Shown here piece by piece: positions 8,939 through 21,439 of a stretch of DNA of 64,000 bases. A program made the translations under genes and the position numbers. The stretch's first letter is position 1. Every line of letters starts with the position of its first letter. The notes under the pieces were generated by a model. That model worked only from the letters and a program-made list of their open reading frames with translations. It did not search any database and had not been told where the DNA came from. Source of the stretch: Deltaproteobacteria bacterium (GTDB lineage: Bacteria; Desulfobacterota; Binatia; HRBIN30; CADEER01); assembly GCA_033764095.1 (NCBI GenBank), contig JANRJF010000254.1, positions 12,338 to 76,337 of the forward strand. The letters are read 5' to 3'.

Positions 8939-9553
8939 ATGGCGGAGCGGCGCGGCACCGGGCTCTCGTTCGGACAGCTCATCACGCTGACCTTCGGCTT
9001 CCTGCTCGCGTCCGTGGTGATCTTCGTCTTCGGTCTCTGGGTCGGGCGCGACCTGGCCGAGCAACAGGCGCTGCGCCAGCGCGATCCGGCGAAGATCCCG
9101 CTCTCCGCGCCGCCGCCGACCGCGGTGCCGGTAGCGGCGGGGCTGGCGGCGGCGCCGGCCCCGACCTTTCCGATGGTGCGTCCCGCCGTGCCCACGGCGG
9201 TGCCGATTCCAGCCACCGCGACGGCGCGCAGCCTGCCGAGCGCGACCTGGACGGCGATCCCGCGCGCCACCGCGACGCGCACCAAGGCGGTCGCGGCCGC
9301 CAGCCCGACGGCCGGCAGCGGCTCGTGGACCGTGCAGGCCTACGCCACCAACGACACGGTGCGCGCGGTGATGGTGGCGCGCACGCTGCGCGCCAAGGGT
9401 TACGATGCGTCGACCGCCACCAAGCAGATCGGCGGCGTGACCTGGTACACGGTGCGCGTCGGCCGCTTCCGCGACCGCGCCACCGCCAAGGCGATGGAAA
9501 CCAAGCTGCGCGAGGAGGAAGGGCTGGAGGCGGCGTCGGCGGTCTCGCAGTGA
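8939..9553 (+). CDS. SPOR-domain membrane protein
   Basis: N-terminal TM helix, Pro/Ala-rich linker, and a C-terminal SPOR-like fold (WTVQAYATND...WYTVRVGRFRDRATAKAM). GAGGAGG RBS. Confidence 0.75.
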   Translation: MAERRGTGLSFGQLITLTFGFLLASVVIFVFGLWVGRDLAEQQALRQRDPAKIPLSAPPPTAVPVAAGLAAAPAPTFPMVRPAVPTAVPIPATATARSLPSATWTAIPRATATRTKAVAAASPTAGSGSWTVQAYATNDTVRAVMVARTLRAKGYDASTATKQIGGVTWYTVRVGRFRDRATAKAMETKLREEEGLEAASAVSQ

Positions 9554-9566
9554 CGATCGGCATGCC

Positions 9567-11051
9567 ATGACCGATCGCCATTCCCCCGACTTCGACGCCT
9601 TCTGCGCGCTCGCCCGCCAGGGCAACCTGGTCCCGGTCTATCGCGAGATCCTCGCCGACCTCGACACGCCGGTGTCGGCGTTCCTCAAGCTCGACGAGGG
9701 CGGCGACGCCTTCCTGCTCGAGTCGGTGCAGGGCGGCGAGACCTGGGCGCGCTACAGCTTCCTCGGCGTCGAGCCGACGCGCGTGCTGAGCGGCAAGGAT
9801 GGCGTCGTGCAGGACGGTCCGGCCGGCGGCCCGTGCGCGACGCGGCCCAACCCCGACCCGTTGCTGGAGGCGCGCGCGCTGCTGGCCGACTTCACGCCGG
9901 TGCACGTCGACGGGTTGCCGCGCTTCACCGGCGGGCTGGTCGGCTTCCTCGCGTACGACATCGTGCGCAGCTTCGAGCGCCTGCCGGCGCGTACGCGCGA
10001 CGATCTGCGGCATCCGGACTTCTACCTGATGCTGGCCGAGACACTGGTCATCTTCGACAACGTCGCGCAGTCGATGAAGGTGGTCGCGCACGCACGCATC
10101 GACGCGACCACCGATCTGCGCGCCGCCTACGACGGCGCCTGCGCGCGCATCGAGAGCCTGATCGCGCGCCTGCGCCGGCCGGTGACCCCGCCGCCGTCGC
10201 CGCCGCCGGTGGACAGTCCACCGCTGGTCCGCTCGAACTTCGAGCCCGCCGCCTACGAAGCGATCGTCGAGCGCGCCAAGGAGTACATCCGCGCCGGCGA
10301 CATCATCCAGGTGGTGCTGGCGCAGCGCTTCGAATGCGCGCGGCGTGCCAATCCGATCGACATCTATCGCTGCCTGCGGACCTTCAATCCCTCGCCCTAC
10401 ATGTACTTCCTGCGCGTCGGGGGCCGCATCGTACTCGGCACCTCGCCGGAGGTCATGGCGCGCCTGGAGGGCCGCGAGCTGACCGTGCGGCCGATCGCCG
10501 GCACGCGTCCGCGTGGCACCGACGAGCGACTCGACCGCGAGCTGGAGCGCGAGCTGGTCGCCGATCCGAAGGAGATCGCCGAGCACATCATGCTCGTCGA
10601 CCTGGGCCGCAATGACGTGGGGCGCGTCTCCGAGATCGGCAGCGTCGTGGTGACCGAGCGCATGGTGGTGGAGCGCTACTCGCACGTCATGCACCTGGTC
10701 TCCAACGTGCGCGGTACGCTGCGCGCGGGGCTCGACTGTTTCGACGCCTTCCGCGCCACGTTCCCGGCCGGCACGCTGTCGGGCGCGCCGAAGATCCGCG
10801 CCATGGAGATCATCGAGGAGCTCGAGCCGACGCGGCGCGGCGTCTATGGCGGCGCGGTCGGTTACTTCGATTTCTCCGGCAATATGGACACCGCGATCGC
10901 CATCCGGACGATGGTGATCGATGGCGACACGATCTACGCCGAGGCCGGTGCCGGGATCGTCGCCGACTCGGATCCGGAGCGCGAGCACGCCGAGTGCGTC
11001 AACAAGGCGCGCGCGCTGTTCCAGGCGGTGAAGATGGCGGAGTCGATGTAG
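9567..11051 (+). CDS. trpE: Anthranilate synthase component I
   Basis: 494 aa with TrpE blocks ([37 protein letters not shown]). Confidence 0.93.
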   Translation: MTDRHSPDFDAFCALARQGNLVPVYREILADLDTPVSAFLKLDEGGDAFLLESVQGGETWARYSFLGVEPTRVLSGKDGVVQDGPAGGPCATRPNPDPLLEARALLADFTPVHVDGLPRFTGGLVGFLAYDIVRSFERLPARTRDDLRHPDFYLMLAETLVIFDNVAQSMKVVAHARIDATTDLRAAYDGACARIESLIARLRRPVTPPPSPPPVDSPPLVRSNFEPAAYEAIVERAKEYIRAGDIIQVVLAQRFECARRANPIDIYRCLRTFNPSPYMYFLRVGGRIVLGTSPEVMARLEGRELTVRPIAGTRPRGTDERLDRELERELVADPKEIAEHIMLVDLGRNDVGRVSEIGSVVVTERMVVERYSHVMHLVSNVRGTLRAGLDCFDAFRATFPAGTLSGAPKIRAMEIIEELEPTRRGVYGGAVGYFDFSGNMDTAIAIRTMVIDGDTIYAEAGAGIVADSDPEREHAECVNKARALFQAVKMAESM

Positions 11052-11053
11052 CG

Positions 11054-11623
<570 letters not shown>

Positions 11624-11644
11624 GGATGCCCCCCTCGTTGACGA

Positions 11645-11780
11645 TCCCCCCCTTTGAAAAAGGGGGGCAGGGGGGCTTTCCAAACAATCTCTGCAGACAA
11701 GGGCACCGTCCGCGAACACTTACTTGCGCCGACCGATCATTTGAAAATCCCCCCTGGCCCCCCTTCTGCGAAGGGGGGAA
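11645..11780. repeat. Pair of inverted G6/C6-run palindromic elements (REP/MITE-like) in the trpG-trpD spacer
   Basis: Copy 1 (11645-11681) is cccccccttgaaaaaggggggcaggggggctttcc. The reverse complement of copy 2 (11741-11780) is ccccccttcgcagaaggggggccaggggggattttc. Each copy can fold as a C6/G6 hairpin. Confidence 0.7.
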
Positions 11781-11786
11781 GAGAAC

Positions 11787-12800
11787 ATGGATATCCGCGC
11801 CGCCATCGCTGACCTCACCGCGCACCGCGACCTGTCCGCCGCGGACATGGAGGCGGTGGTGCGCGCGATCATGGCGGGCGAGGCAACGCACGCGCAGACC
11901 GCGGCGCTGCTGGTGGCGCTGCGCATGAAGGGGGAGCGGGTTGAGGAGATCGTCGGCGCGGCGCGCGCGATGCGGCGCCACGCGACGCCGGTGCCGGTGG
12001 CGGGCGATGTGCTCGACACCTGCGGGACCGGCGGCGACCTGCGCGGCACGTTCAACATCTCGACCGCCGCGGCGCTGATCGCCGCCGGGGCCGGACTGCG
12101 CATCGCCAAGCATGGCAATCGCGCCATGTCCGGCGCGGTGGGCGGCGCCGACGTCTTGGAGGCGCTCGGTGTGCGGCTCGACCTCGACGCGGCGCGGGTC
12201 GCCGCCTGCATCGAGACGGTCGGCGTCGGGTTCCTGTTTGCGCAGGCGTTCCACCCGGCGATGAAGCACGTTGCGCCGATTCGCCGTGAGATCGGCGTGC
12301 GCACGCTCTTCAACCTGCTCGGTCCGTTGACCAACCCGGCCGGCGCCAAGCGGCAGGTGCTGGGGGTCTTCGGGCGTGAATGGGTCGAGCCGCTGGCGCA
12401 TGCGCTGGGCGGGCTCGGCAGCCAACGGGCACTGGTGGTGCACGGCGAGGATGGACTCGACGAGCTGTCGCTCACCGGACCGAGCTGGGTGGCCGAGCTG
12501 CGCGATGGTCGCGTCCACACCTCCCGCTTCACCCCCGCCGAGGCCGGTCTGACGCCGTGCGGGCCGGAGGATCTGCGCGGCGGCGACGCGGCGCACAACG
12601 CCGCCATCCTGCGCGCCATCGTCGAGAACCGCGCCAGCGCCGCGCAGCGCGACATCGCACTGCTCAACGCCGGCGCCGCGCTCTACGTGGCGGGCGCCGC
12701 CGCGCGCATCGCCGCCGGCGTCGAGCTGGCCCGCACGGCCCTGGACAACGGCGCCGCCGCGCGTACGCTCGACGCGCTGATCGAGTTCACCAGCCGATGA
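11787..12800 (+). CDS. trpD: Anthranilate phosphoribosyltransferase
   Basis: TrpD blocks (DTCGTGGD, NISTAAALIAA, KHGNRA, LGPLTNPA). Confidence 0.92.
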   Translation: MDIRAAIADLTAHRDLSAADMEAVVRAIMAGEATHAQTAALLVALRMKGERVEEIVGAARAMRRHATPVPVAGDVLDTCGTGGDLRGTFNISTAAALIAAGAGLRIAKHGNRAMSGAVGGADVLEALGVRLDLDAARVAACIETVGVGFLFAQAFHPAMKHVAPIRREIGVRTLFNLLGPLTNPAGAKRQVLGVFGREWVEPLAHALGGLGSQRALVVHGEDGLDELSLTGPSWVAELRDGRVHTSRFTPAEAGLTPCGPEDLRGGDAAHNAAILRAIVENRASAAQRDIALLNAGAALYVAGAAARIAAGVELARTALDNGAAARTLDALIEFTSR

Positions 12801-13588
12801 TTCTCGACGACATCGTCACGGCGCGGCGCGAAGACGTCGCCGCCGCCAAGCGGACCACACCGCCGGCCGCGCTGCGCGCCGCGCCGTTGTGGCATGCCGC
12901 ACGGCGCGGCTTTGCCGCTGCTCTCCGTGAAAAAGGGGGGCGAGGCGGCATGTCGGCTCCCGCCGTCATCGCCGAGGTGAAGAAGGCCTCGCCGTCGAAA
13001 GGGGTCATCCGCGCCGACTTCGATGCGGTGGCCATCGCGACGCGCTATGCCGCGTGCGGCGCGGCCGCCATCTCGGTCCTGACCGAGGAACGCTTCTTCC
13101 AGGGGCATCCCGACTATCTGCGGGCCATTCGCGCCGCGGTCGACGTGCCGCTGCTGCGCAAGGACTTCCTGTTCGATGCCTACCAGGTGGAGGAGGCGCG
13201 CGCCTGGGGGGCCGATGCGGTGCTGCTGATCGTCGCCATGCTCGACGACGCGGAGTTGCGGGCGCTGCTCGGCGTGGCACGCGACGCCGGGCTCGACGCG
13301 TTGGTCGAGGCGCACACCGCCGAGGAGGTCGATCGTGCGGTGGCTGCCGGTGCGACGCTGATCGGGGTCAACAACCGCAACCTGCACACCTTCGTGACGA
13401 CGCTGGAGACCGCCGAGCAGTTGCGGCCGCGCATTCCAGCCGGCGTCGTGACGGTGGCGGAGAGCGGCATCGAGAACGGCGCGGACGCGCGGCGCATGCT
13501 GGCGGTCGGCTACGACGCGGTGTTGGTCGGCGAGTCGCTGATGCGCGCCGCCGATCCCGGCGCGGCGTTGGAGGCGCTGCGCCGATGA
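12797..13588 (+). CDS. trpC: Indole-3-glycerol phosphate synthase
   Basis: IAEVKKASPSKG, LTEERFFQG, LRKDF, VNNRNL and ESGI motifs. ATGA overlap with the trpD stop. Confidence 0.92.
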   Translation: MILDDIVTARREDVAAAKRTTPPAALRAAPLWHAARRGFAAALREKGGRGGMSAPAVIAEVKKASPSKGVIRADFDAVAIATRYAACGAAAISVLTEERFFQGHPDYLRAIRAAVDVPLLRKDFLFDAYQVEEARAWGADAVLLIVAMLDDAELRALLGVARDAGLDALVEAHTAEEVDRAVAAGATLIGVNNRNLHTFVTTLETAEQLRPRIPAGVVTVAESGIENGADARRMLAVGYDAVLVGESLMRAADPGAALEALRR

Positions 13589-14182
13589 GCGTGAAGGTGA
13601 AGATCTGCGGCGTCACCAGCGTCGCCGATGCGCTGCACGCCGCGGCGGCCGGCGCCGACGCGATCGGGTTGAACTTCCACCCACCCAGCCCGCGCTGCGT
13701 GTCGGTCGAGGCGGCAGCGGAGATCGCCGCGGCACTGCCGCGCGGGGTGTGTCGGGTCGGCGTGTTCGTCGACCAGCCGCGCGATCGGGTGGCGGCAATC
13801 GCCGCGCGCGTCGGCCTCGACGGCGTGCAGTTCCACGGTCACGAGTCGCCCGACGACTGCCGCGACTGGCAGCTGACGACGATCAAGGCCGTGCGCGTGC
13901 GCGACGCGCGGACGCTGCGCGACGCGGCGCGCGACTACGCGGTCGCCTGGTTGCTGGCCGACGCGTACGTCGCCGGTGTGCCGGGCGGCACCGGGACGCG
14001 CGTGCCGCTGGAGTGGCTGACCGACGTGGCGCGCGCGCGCCTCATCCTGGCCGGAGGCCTGACGGCGGAGACCGTCGCCGACGCCGTGCGCGTGGTGCGG
14101 CCGGCGGCGGTCGACGTGGCGTCGGGCGTCGAACGTGCCCCGGGAGTCAAGGACCCGGAGAAAGTGGAGCGGTTCATCACCA

Positions 14183-14199
<17 letters not shown>
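13585..14199 (+). CDS. trpF: Phosphoribosylanthranilate isomerase
   Basis: [35 protein letters not shown] overlap with the trpC stop. Confidence 0.9.
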
Positions 14200-15372
<1,173 letters not shown>

Positions 15373-15376
<4 letters not shown>

Positions 15377-16185
15377 GCCGCATCAAGTCGACCTTTGCGG
15401 CCCTGAAGAAGCGCCATGAGGTGGCGCTGGTGCCGTTCATCATGGCCGGCGACCCGGACCTCGAGACGACGCGCCAGTTGCTGTTGGCGGCGGCGGATGC
15501 CGGCGCCGACCTCATCGAGCTCGGCGTGCCGTTCTCCGATCCGACGGCCGACGGTCCGGTGATCCAGCGCGCCGGCGTGCGGGCGCTCGCGCAGGGCACC
15601 TCGCTGCGCCAGATCCTCGAGCTGGTCGCCGAGCTGCGCCGCGGCGGGTTCGAGACGCCGCTGGTGCTGTTCGGTTACTACAACCCGTACTTCCACTACG
15701 GACCGGAGCGGCTGGTGGCCGACGCGCGGCAGGCGGGAGTGGACGGGCTGCTGGTGGTCGACCTGCCGCCGGAGGAGGCCGACGAGCTGTGGACGCCGGC
15801 GCGGGCGGCGGGGCTCGACATCATCTTCCTGTTGGCGCCGACCAGCGACCGCAAGCGGGTCAAGACCGTGCTCGCCAAGGCGAGTGGCTTCGTCTACTTC
15901 GTTTCGATGACCGGGGTGACCGGCTCGCGCGCCATCGACACGGCGGACGTTGCCGCGCTGGTCGGCGATGTGCGCAAGCAGTGCCGGCTGCCGATCGGCG
16001 TCGGCTTCGGCATCTCCACCCCCGAGCAGGCGGCGGCGGTGGCCTGCTATGCCGACGCGGTGGTGGTCGGCAGCGCGATCACGCGCCTGATCGAGATCGA
16101 GCACGGCAGCCCGGCGCTGGTGCGCAGCGTCGGCGCGTTCATCCGCGTCCTCAAGGACGCGACGCGCGCGCCCGCCGCCGCCTGA
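15373..16185 (+). CDS. trpA: Tryptophan synthase alpha chain
   Basis: [32 protein letters not shown]. 4-nt overlap with the trpB stop. Confidence 0.92.
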
Positions 16186-16277
16186 GGCGCGGTGGCGCCG
16201 CGGGCAGGGGTCGTATATCCCTGCCGTGGGCCCGGCGGCGGGGCGCCGCGGCGGTTCACTCTTCCGGCACGAGAACG

Positions 16278-17600
16278 ATGACCGACTACCAGCGCACGCT
16301 CGCCTGGCTGTACGCGCTCGAGGCGGCCAAGGGCATGGACTTCAAGCTCGAGCGCGTGGCGCTGGCGTTGCGTCGCCTCGGCGATCCGCACCGTCGCTAC
16401 GCCGTGCTGCACGTCGCCGGGACGAACGGCAAGGGCTCGGTGGCGGCGTTGCTCGACGCGGTGCTGCGCGCTGCCGGACGGCGCGTCGGGCTCTACACCT
16501 CGCCGCATCTGGTCGACCTCGCCGAGCGCATCCAGGTCGACGGCGGGCCGGTCCCGCACGAACAGATCGTCGCGCTTGCCGACGAGGTACGCGCGGCGAC
16601 CAGCGGGCGCGGCATCGACCTCACCTTCTTCGAGATCCTGACCGTGATGGCGTTCCTCGCCTTCGCGCGAGCTGGTGTCGACGCGGCGGTGGTGGAGGTC
16701 GGGCTCGGTGGCCGGCTCGACGCGACCAACGTCGTCGATCCGCTCGTCGCGGTGATCACCAGCATCGGGCTCGACCACACCGAGTGGCTGGGCGACACGC
16801 GCGCCGCGATCGCGGCGGAGAAGGGCGGTATCATCAAGGCGGGGCGTCCACTGGTGCTCGGCCGGTTGGATGCCGAGGCTGCCGCCGTGCTGGGCGAGAT
16901 GGCGAGCCGGCAGGGCGCGCCGGTGATCGCTCCGCACGATGCGGCGGTCGGCGGCGAGCGCTATGCCGTGGGCGCCGCCGGCAGCGGCTTCGATTTCGAC
17001 GGGCTCGGCTGGACGTTCCGCGGCCTGCCGCAGGTGTTGCGCGGCGCCCATCAGCTCGACAACGCCGGCACCGCGGTGGCGGCGCTGGCAGCGGCACGCG
17101 AGGTGCTCGGGATCGACGAGGTGGCGTTGCGCAGCGGCCTCGCCCGTGTGCACTGGCCGGGGCGGCTGGAGATCGTCGCGCGCGCGCCGCTGACGGTGGT
17201 CGACGGGGCGCACAATCCGGACGGGGCGGCGGCACTGGCGCGCGAGCTGCCGCGACTGCTTGCCGGGCGGCCGCTGCACCTGCTGTTCGCGGTCATGGGC
17301 GACAAGGACTGGCGTCCGATGGTCGAGATCCTCGCGCCGCTGTGCCGCGGCGTCGTGGTGACCGAGGTGCGGCCGCCGCGCGGCGCGCCGTGTCGTGACG
17401 TCGCCGCGGCGTTCGCGCCGTACTGCGCGGTGACGGCGGAGCCGGATCTGCGGCGCGCCTGGCAGCTGGTGCGCGGCAACGCCGGGGCGGCGGGCGCGGT
17501 GGTGGCGGCTGGCTCGCTGTTCCTGGTCGGCGCGCTGCGGGAGCTCGGCCTGCACGCGACCGATGCCGCGGCGACCGGCTCGGGGACGGCGCATCCGTGA
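16278..17600 (+). CDS. folC: Folylpolyglutamate synthase / dihydrofolate synthase
   Basis: P-loop HVAGTNGKGS, TSPHL, EVGLGGRLDATNV, DGAHNPDG. Confidence 0.88.
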   Translation: MTDYQRTLAWLYALEAAKGMDFKLERVALALRRLGDPHRRYAVLHVAGTNGKGSVAALLDAVLRAAGRRVGLYTSPHLVDLAERIQVDGGPVPHEQIVALADEVRAATSGRGIDLTFFEILTVMAFLAFARAGVDAAVVEVGLGGRLDATNVVDPLVAVITSIGLDHTEWLGDTRAAIAAEKGGIIKAGRPLVLGRLDAEAAAVLGEMASRQGAPVIAPHDAAVGGERYAVGAAGSGFDFDGLGWTFRGLPQVLRGAHQLDNAGTAVAALAAAREVLGIDEVALRSGLARVHWPGRLEIVARAPLTVVDGAHNPDGAAALARELPRLLAGRPLHLLFAVMGDKDWRPMVEILAPLCRGVVVTEVRPPRGAPCRDVAAAFAPYCAVTAEPDLRRAWQLVRGNAGAAGAVVAAGSLFLVGALRELGLHATDAAATGSGTAHP

Positions 17601-20020
17601 TCCGCCGCCTGCGGCGCGCCGCGAATCGGCGTGCGGCACGGCGGCGTCGGCGGGCGAGCCGACTGGCCGGCGTCGCGTTGATCGGGCTGCTCGGCGTGGT
17701 GTGGCCGGCGCGCGCGCAGCCGCCCTCCCCGACTCCGACGCCGCGGCAGGCGAGCGAGCAGGAGATCACCATCGACGCCGAGTCGCTCACCTACGACACC
17801 AAGGGGGAGAGCCTCTCGGCCACTGGCGACGTCCTGATCCGGCGTGGCGACACGACGTTGCGCGCCGACACCGTGCAGTTCAACCGCCGCACCAGCGAGG
17901 CGCGGGCGTTGGGCGACACGGTGTTGACCAGCCCGCAGGTCGAGATCCACGCCGACTCGATGTTTCTCGACCTCGAGAACGAGACCGGCGACCTGGACGA
18001 AGCGACGATCGTCTCCGACCGACTCGGCTATTCGCTGAGCGGCCGGCGCGTTCAGAAGGGGCTCGGTCAGCGCTATCGGATCGAGCGCGGGCGCTTCACC
18101 ACCTGTCTCTGCGACGACGGCGGCAAGCCGGACTGGAGCATCGCGGGCGACACGCTCGACGTCGAGGTGGACGGCTACGGCTCGTTGGAGGGGGGCACGT
18201 TCAACGTCCTCGACGTGCCGGTGATCTGGCTGCCGAAGGCCGCCTTCCCGGTCTTCCGCGAGCGCCAGTCTGGCCTGCTCTTCCCGCGCATCGGTATCTC
18301 CAACCGGCGCGGGTTCCAGCTGCTGCAGCCGTACTACTGGGCGATCGACAAGACGCAGGATGCGACGATCAGCTTCGACCTCGAAACCTCGCTGCGTGTC
18401 GGCCTGATCGGGGAGTACCGCTACGCCTTCAGCCCGCAGACCGACGGCGCGTTCCAGGTCGGCTACTTCGCCGACGTCTTCCGCGGCGCGACGGACAACG
18501 TGCGGGTCCCCAAGGGCGCCGACCCCAACACGCCGGAGAATCGCTGGGGCATCCTCGGCCACCACGCGCAGGGCGTGCCGCCGGTGGACGGGATGAGCGG
18601 CTACGTCGACCTGCTGCTGGTCGGCGATGACCTGTTCCTGCGCGAGATGAACACCTTCGGCATCGACGAGCAGCAGGACGTGGCGCTGCGCACCATCCCG
18701 TTCACCACTTCGCAGGCCGGCATCCTGCAGGAGTGGGAACGCATCGCCCTGCAGACCGAGGTCATCTACTACCAGGACCTGGTCGGCCCGATCGTCGAGG
18801 AGCCGACGCCGCTCGGGACGCCGCCGGTCGGCCCGGGCACGCCGACGCCGACGCCGGTGCTGGGTCAGGACGAATCGCTGGTCATCCAGCGGCTGCCGGA
18901 GATGCGCGTGCAGGGGCAGAAGCAACTCGGCTGGGGGCTGATCGGCGACCTGAGCGGCAGCATGACCAACTTCCAGCGTTCGCTCGGCCTGGCCGGTTTC
19001 CGCGGCGACATCAAACCGTCGGCCGAGCTGCGCCTGCCGCTCGGCAGCGCCTTCTTCGGCGCGGTGCGCGGCGCCTTCCGCGAGACCTTCTACGGGTTGA
19101 CCGAGAACCAGATGAGCGGCGGGTTCACCGGCGCCGACCCGAGCCTCCCCCTGATCGACCTGCCGAGCGGCAGCAGCCGCGAGCTCTTCGAGCTGCATGC
19201 GAACGTCGGCACCGAACTGGCCCGCATCTACGACTTCCCGTATTTCGGCCTCGACAAGCTGCGCCACACCATCGAGCCGCAGGTCGAGTACCTCTACGTC
19301 CCGCCGGTCGATCAGGGCGATCTGCCGGTGTTCGACGGCATCGATCGCATCAACAAGCGCAGCCTGATCACCTACGGCTTTGCCACCCGCCTCCTGGCGC
19401 GATCCGACGTCAACGCGGAGGGGAAGGGAGCCGGCGAGGTGTACGAGATCACCCGCCTGTCGCTGGCGCAGAGCTACGACGTGCTGCGTGACATTCCGCC
19501 GACCACCAACATCAACGACGTCACCGGTCAGCCGATCAACCCGGCGACCGGCGACCACTTCTCCGACATCGACGTCACATGGCGCATCAACCCCGGTCCG
19601 GTGACGCAGGTGCGCGCCTACGCGACCTACGACACCAGTGAGAACCTGCTGTCGTCGGCCACCGTCGGGGTGCGGCTGAAGGAGCCGATCCGCGCCCTCG
19701 ACCCGAGTGCCAAGCCGCGCCTGTTCACGCGCGCCAGCTTCACCGTCGAGTACCGCTACATCACCGACAACATCCTGCAGTTCCTCGACTCGACCGTGGC
19801 GCTGCCGGTCACCGATCGGATCGCCGGCCTGTATGCCATCCGCTACGACATCCTCAATGACCGCTTCCTGGAGAATTACGTCGGCATGCGGTTGCTGTCG
19901 TCGTGCGACTGCTGGGCGCTGAACCTCGGATTCACGCAGACCAGCAACCCGAACGAGTTGCAGTTGCAGGCGCAGTTCACGCTCGCCGGCTTGGGCGCGG
20001 CGCCGGTCGCCGGCTTCTGA
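17597..20020 (+). CDS. lptD: LPS-assembly outer-membrane protein LptD
   Basis: Basic N-terminus plus signal sequence, OstA-like N-terminal domain (ADSMFLDLENETGDL, RFTTC) and a long beta-barrel-like C-terminus. GTG start overlaps the folC stop. Confidence 0.85.
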   Translation: MIRRLRRAANRRAARRRRRASRLAGVALIGLLGVVWPARAQPPSPTPTPRQASEQEITIDAESLTYDTKGESLSATGDVLIRRGDTTLRADTVQFNRRTSEARALGDTVLTSPQVEIHADSMFLDLENETGDLDEATIVSDRLGYSLSGRRVQKGLGQRYRIERGRFTTCLCDDGGKPDWSIAGDTLDVEVDGYGSLEGGTFNVLDVPVIWLPKAAFPVFRERQSGLLFPRIGISNRRGFQLLQPYYWAIDKTQDATISFDLETSLRVGLIGEYRYAFSPQTDGAFQVGYFADVFRGATDNVRVPKGADPNTPENRWGILGHHAQGVPPVDGMSGYVDLLLVGDDLFLREMNTFGIDEQQDVALRTIPFTTSQAGILQEWERIALQTEVIYYQDLVGPIVEEPTPLGTPPVGPGTPTPTPVLGQDESLVIQRLPEMRVQGQKQLGWGLIGDLSGSMTNFQRSLGLAGFRGDIKPSAELRLPLGSAFFGAVRGAFRETFYGLTENQMSGGFTGADPSLPLIDLPSGSSRELFELHANVGTELARIYDFPYFGLDKLRHTIEPQVEYLYVPPVDQGDLPVFDGIDRINKRSLITYGFATRLLARSDVNAEGKGAGEVYEITRLSLAQSYDVLRDIPPTTNINDVTGQPINPATGDHFSDIDVTWRINPGPVTQVRAYATYDTSENLLSSATVGVRLKEPIRALDPSAKPRLFTRASFTVEYRYITDNILQFLDSTVALPVTDRIAGLYAIRYDILNDRFLENYVGMRLLSSCDCWALNLGFTQTSNPNELQLQAQFTLAGLGAAPVAGF

Positions 20021-20085
20021 GTGGCAGGCGCGCCGTGGGGCAGGGGAGCTGCCCGCCCCGCCGATGGCGCCCGTTCACCGAGGTA

Positions 20086-20125
20086 GAAAAAGAAAAGGCC
20101 CGGAGGATTGCTCCTCCGGGCCTTT
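20086..20125. terminator. Bidirectional intrinsic terminator between lptD (+) and P1 (-)
   Basis: 11-bp perfect stem ggcccggagga/tcctccgggcc (20097-20107 / 20112-20122) with a 4-nt loop. It is flanked by aaaaagaaaa on one side and ttt on the other; the minus-strand reading has the longer T tract. Confidence 0.75.
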
Positions 20126-20146
20126 GAACCGACGGGTGAAGGTCGA

Positions 20147-21382
20147 TCAGGGCAGCGGAATCTTGATCTGGTCGCCCTGCTCGCGCGAGCCCTGGAACTG
20201 GACGTTGGCCGAGGTGGTGTAGTAGCCGCCCGCCTCGGAGAACCAGGTCTCGTTCAGGATCGCCAGGATGCCGTTCGCGTCGTAGCCATCGACGTTCGGG
20301 CCGGCCACCGAGCGCAGGCGCGAGGTACCGGTGATCGTGCCCTCGACACCGACCGAGAAGATCGAGAAGGCATCGCCCTCTTCACCCGGGCGGGTGTCGA
20401 TGTCCGACAGCGGCGTCTCCTTGTAGCACTGCACGCTGGTCGAGGTGGAGAAGCGCTGCTCGAACTCGTTGTAGACCAGGAACTGGACCACTGCCGGAGC
20501 GCCGTTGGCGGTCTGGGTCAGGAAGTCGTTGGCGCACGGCACCAGCACCAGGTCGCTGTTCACCTCGCTGACGCCGTTCGCGGTCACCACGTCGGCGCCG
20601 TCGAAGAAGTGGTTCAACGTCAGGATGTTCGGGCAGCCGACGAAGCGGGCCGGATCGACGAATTCGTTGAACACACCGTACTCGGCCTCGGGGCCGCCGA
20701 TGTTGAGCACGTTCGGGTTGGCGTCCTGACGGCCCTCGATCGCCTTGATACCGATCGCGGTGTACTTGCTCGCATCGATACCCTGGCTGTTCTCGGCCGG
20801 GGACTCGACGATCGTCGCCTCGCCCTTGAGGTCGTTGCGGTCGGCCGGCAGCTCGGTGGTGACGTCGACCTGGATGCAGAGCAGCTCACCAGTGAACGGC
20901 ACCTCGGTGACCGGCGGGATGTTGCCCTCGTTGAACTGCGGCGGGCTGCCCTGGCCCGGCGTGCTGGCCAGCGGCAGGCTCGACAGGCCCTCGTTGATCG
21001 ACCACGAGAGCGGCTGGCGCTTGGTCAGCGTCAGGCGGAAGTCGGTCTCCTGCCAGCCCGGGACGCACAGGCCGCCGGTCGGGCAGACGTCGCGGAAGTC
21101 CTGATCCGTGCAGATCGTCGACGGCGCGTTGCTGCAGTGGCCGTTGGTGTTCGTATAGAAGCAGTGCACCTTGGTCAGGAACTCCGAGGTGTTGGTCAGC
21201 TGCACCAGCGTGTCGACGCCGTCGGTCGCGTCGACCTTCAGCAGCGGGTAGTACACGATCGCCGCCGACTCGTTGGTCGTCACACCGGTCGGGTCGATGA
21301 CCCGCGCGCTGGCCGTTTCGACCGCCAGCAGGATCGCGGCACAAGCGAGCGCCCCCCGCCAGATCCCCATCTTCGTGCTCAT
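20147..21382 (-). CDS. Secreted Cys-containing protein, uncharacterised paralog family, P1 (type A)
   Basis: GGAAAGGAGA RBS before the ATG at 21382 and a signal-peptide-like N-terminus (...ETASA/RV). It carries all family motifs (DTLVQLTN, HCFY, WQETDFRLTLTKRQP, PPVTEVPFTGELLCIQ, NDLKGEA, SKYTAI, CPNILTLNHFFDGA, LVPC, VYNEFEQRFSTS..C). Confidence 0.8.
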   Translation of the reverse strand: MSTKMGIWRGALACAAILLAVETASARVIDPTGVTTNESAAIVYYPLLKVDATDGVDTLVQLTNTSEFLTKVHCFYTNTNGHCSNAPSTICTDQDFRDVCPTGGLCVPGWQETDFRLTLTKRQPLSWSINEGLSSLPLASTPGQGSPPQFNEGNIPPVTEVPFTGELLCIQVDVTTELPADRNDLKGEATIVESPAENSQGIDASKYTAIGIKAIEGRQDANPNVLNIGGPEAEYGVFNEFVDPARFVGCPNILTLNHFFDGADVVTANGVSEVNSDLVLVPCANDFLTQTANGAPAVVQFLVYNEFEQRFSTSTSVQCYKETPLSDIDTRPGEEGDAFSIFSVGVEGTITGTSRLRSVAGPNVDGYDANGILAILNETWFSEAGGYYTTSANVQFQGSREQGDQIKIPLP

Positions 21383-21439
21383 CACTAGTCTCCTTTCCTC
21401 ACCCGTGGAGAACACCATTGCTCGCTATCCCAATCCCGC

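Noticed and set aside
12916-12950. gaaaaaggggggcgaggcgg in trpC, encoding REKGGRGG and similar to the REP-like element core. Considered as a possible in-frame element remnant in a TrpC loop.
   Set aside because: Only about 13 nt match, and the loop before IAEVKKASPSKG is variable in length among TrpC proteins. This cannot be distinguished from chance without a genome-wide element model.
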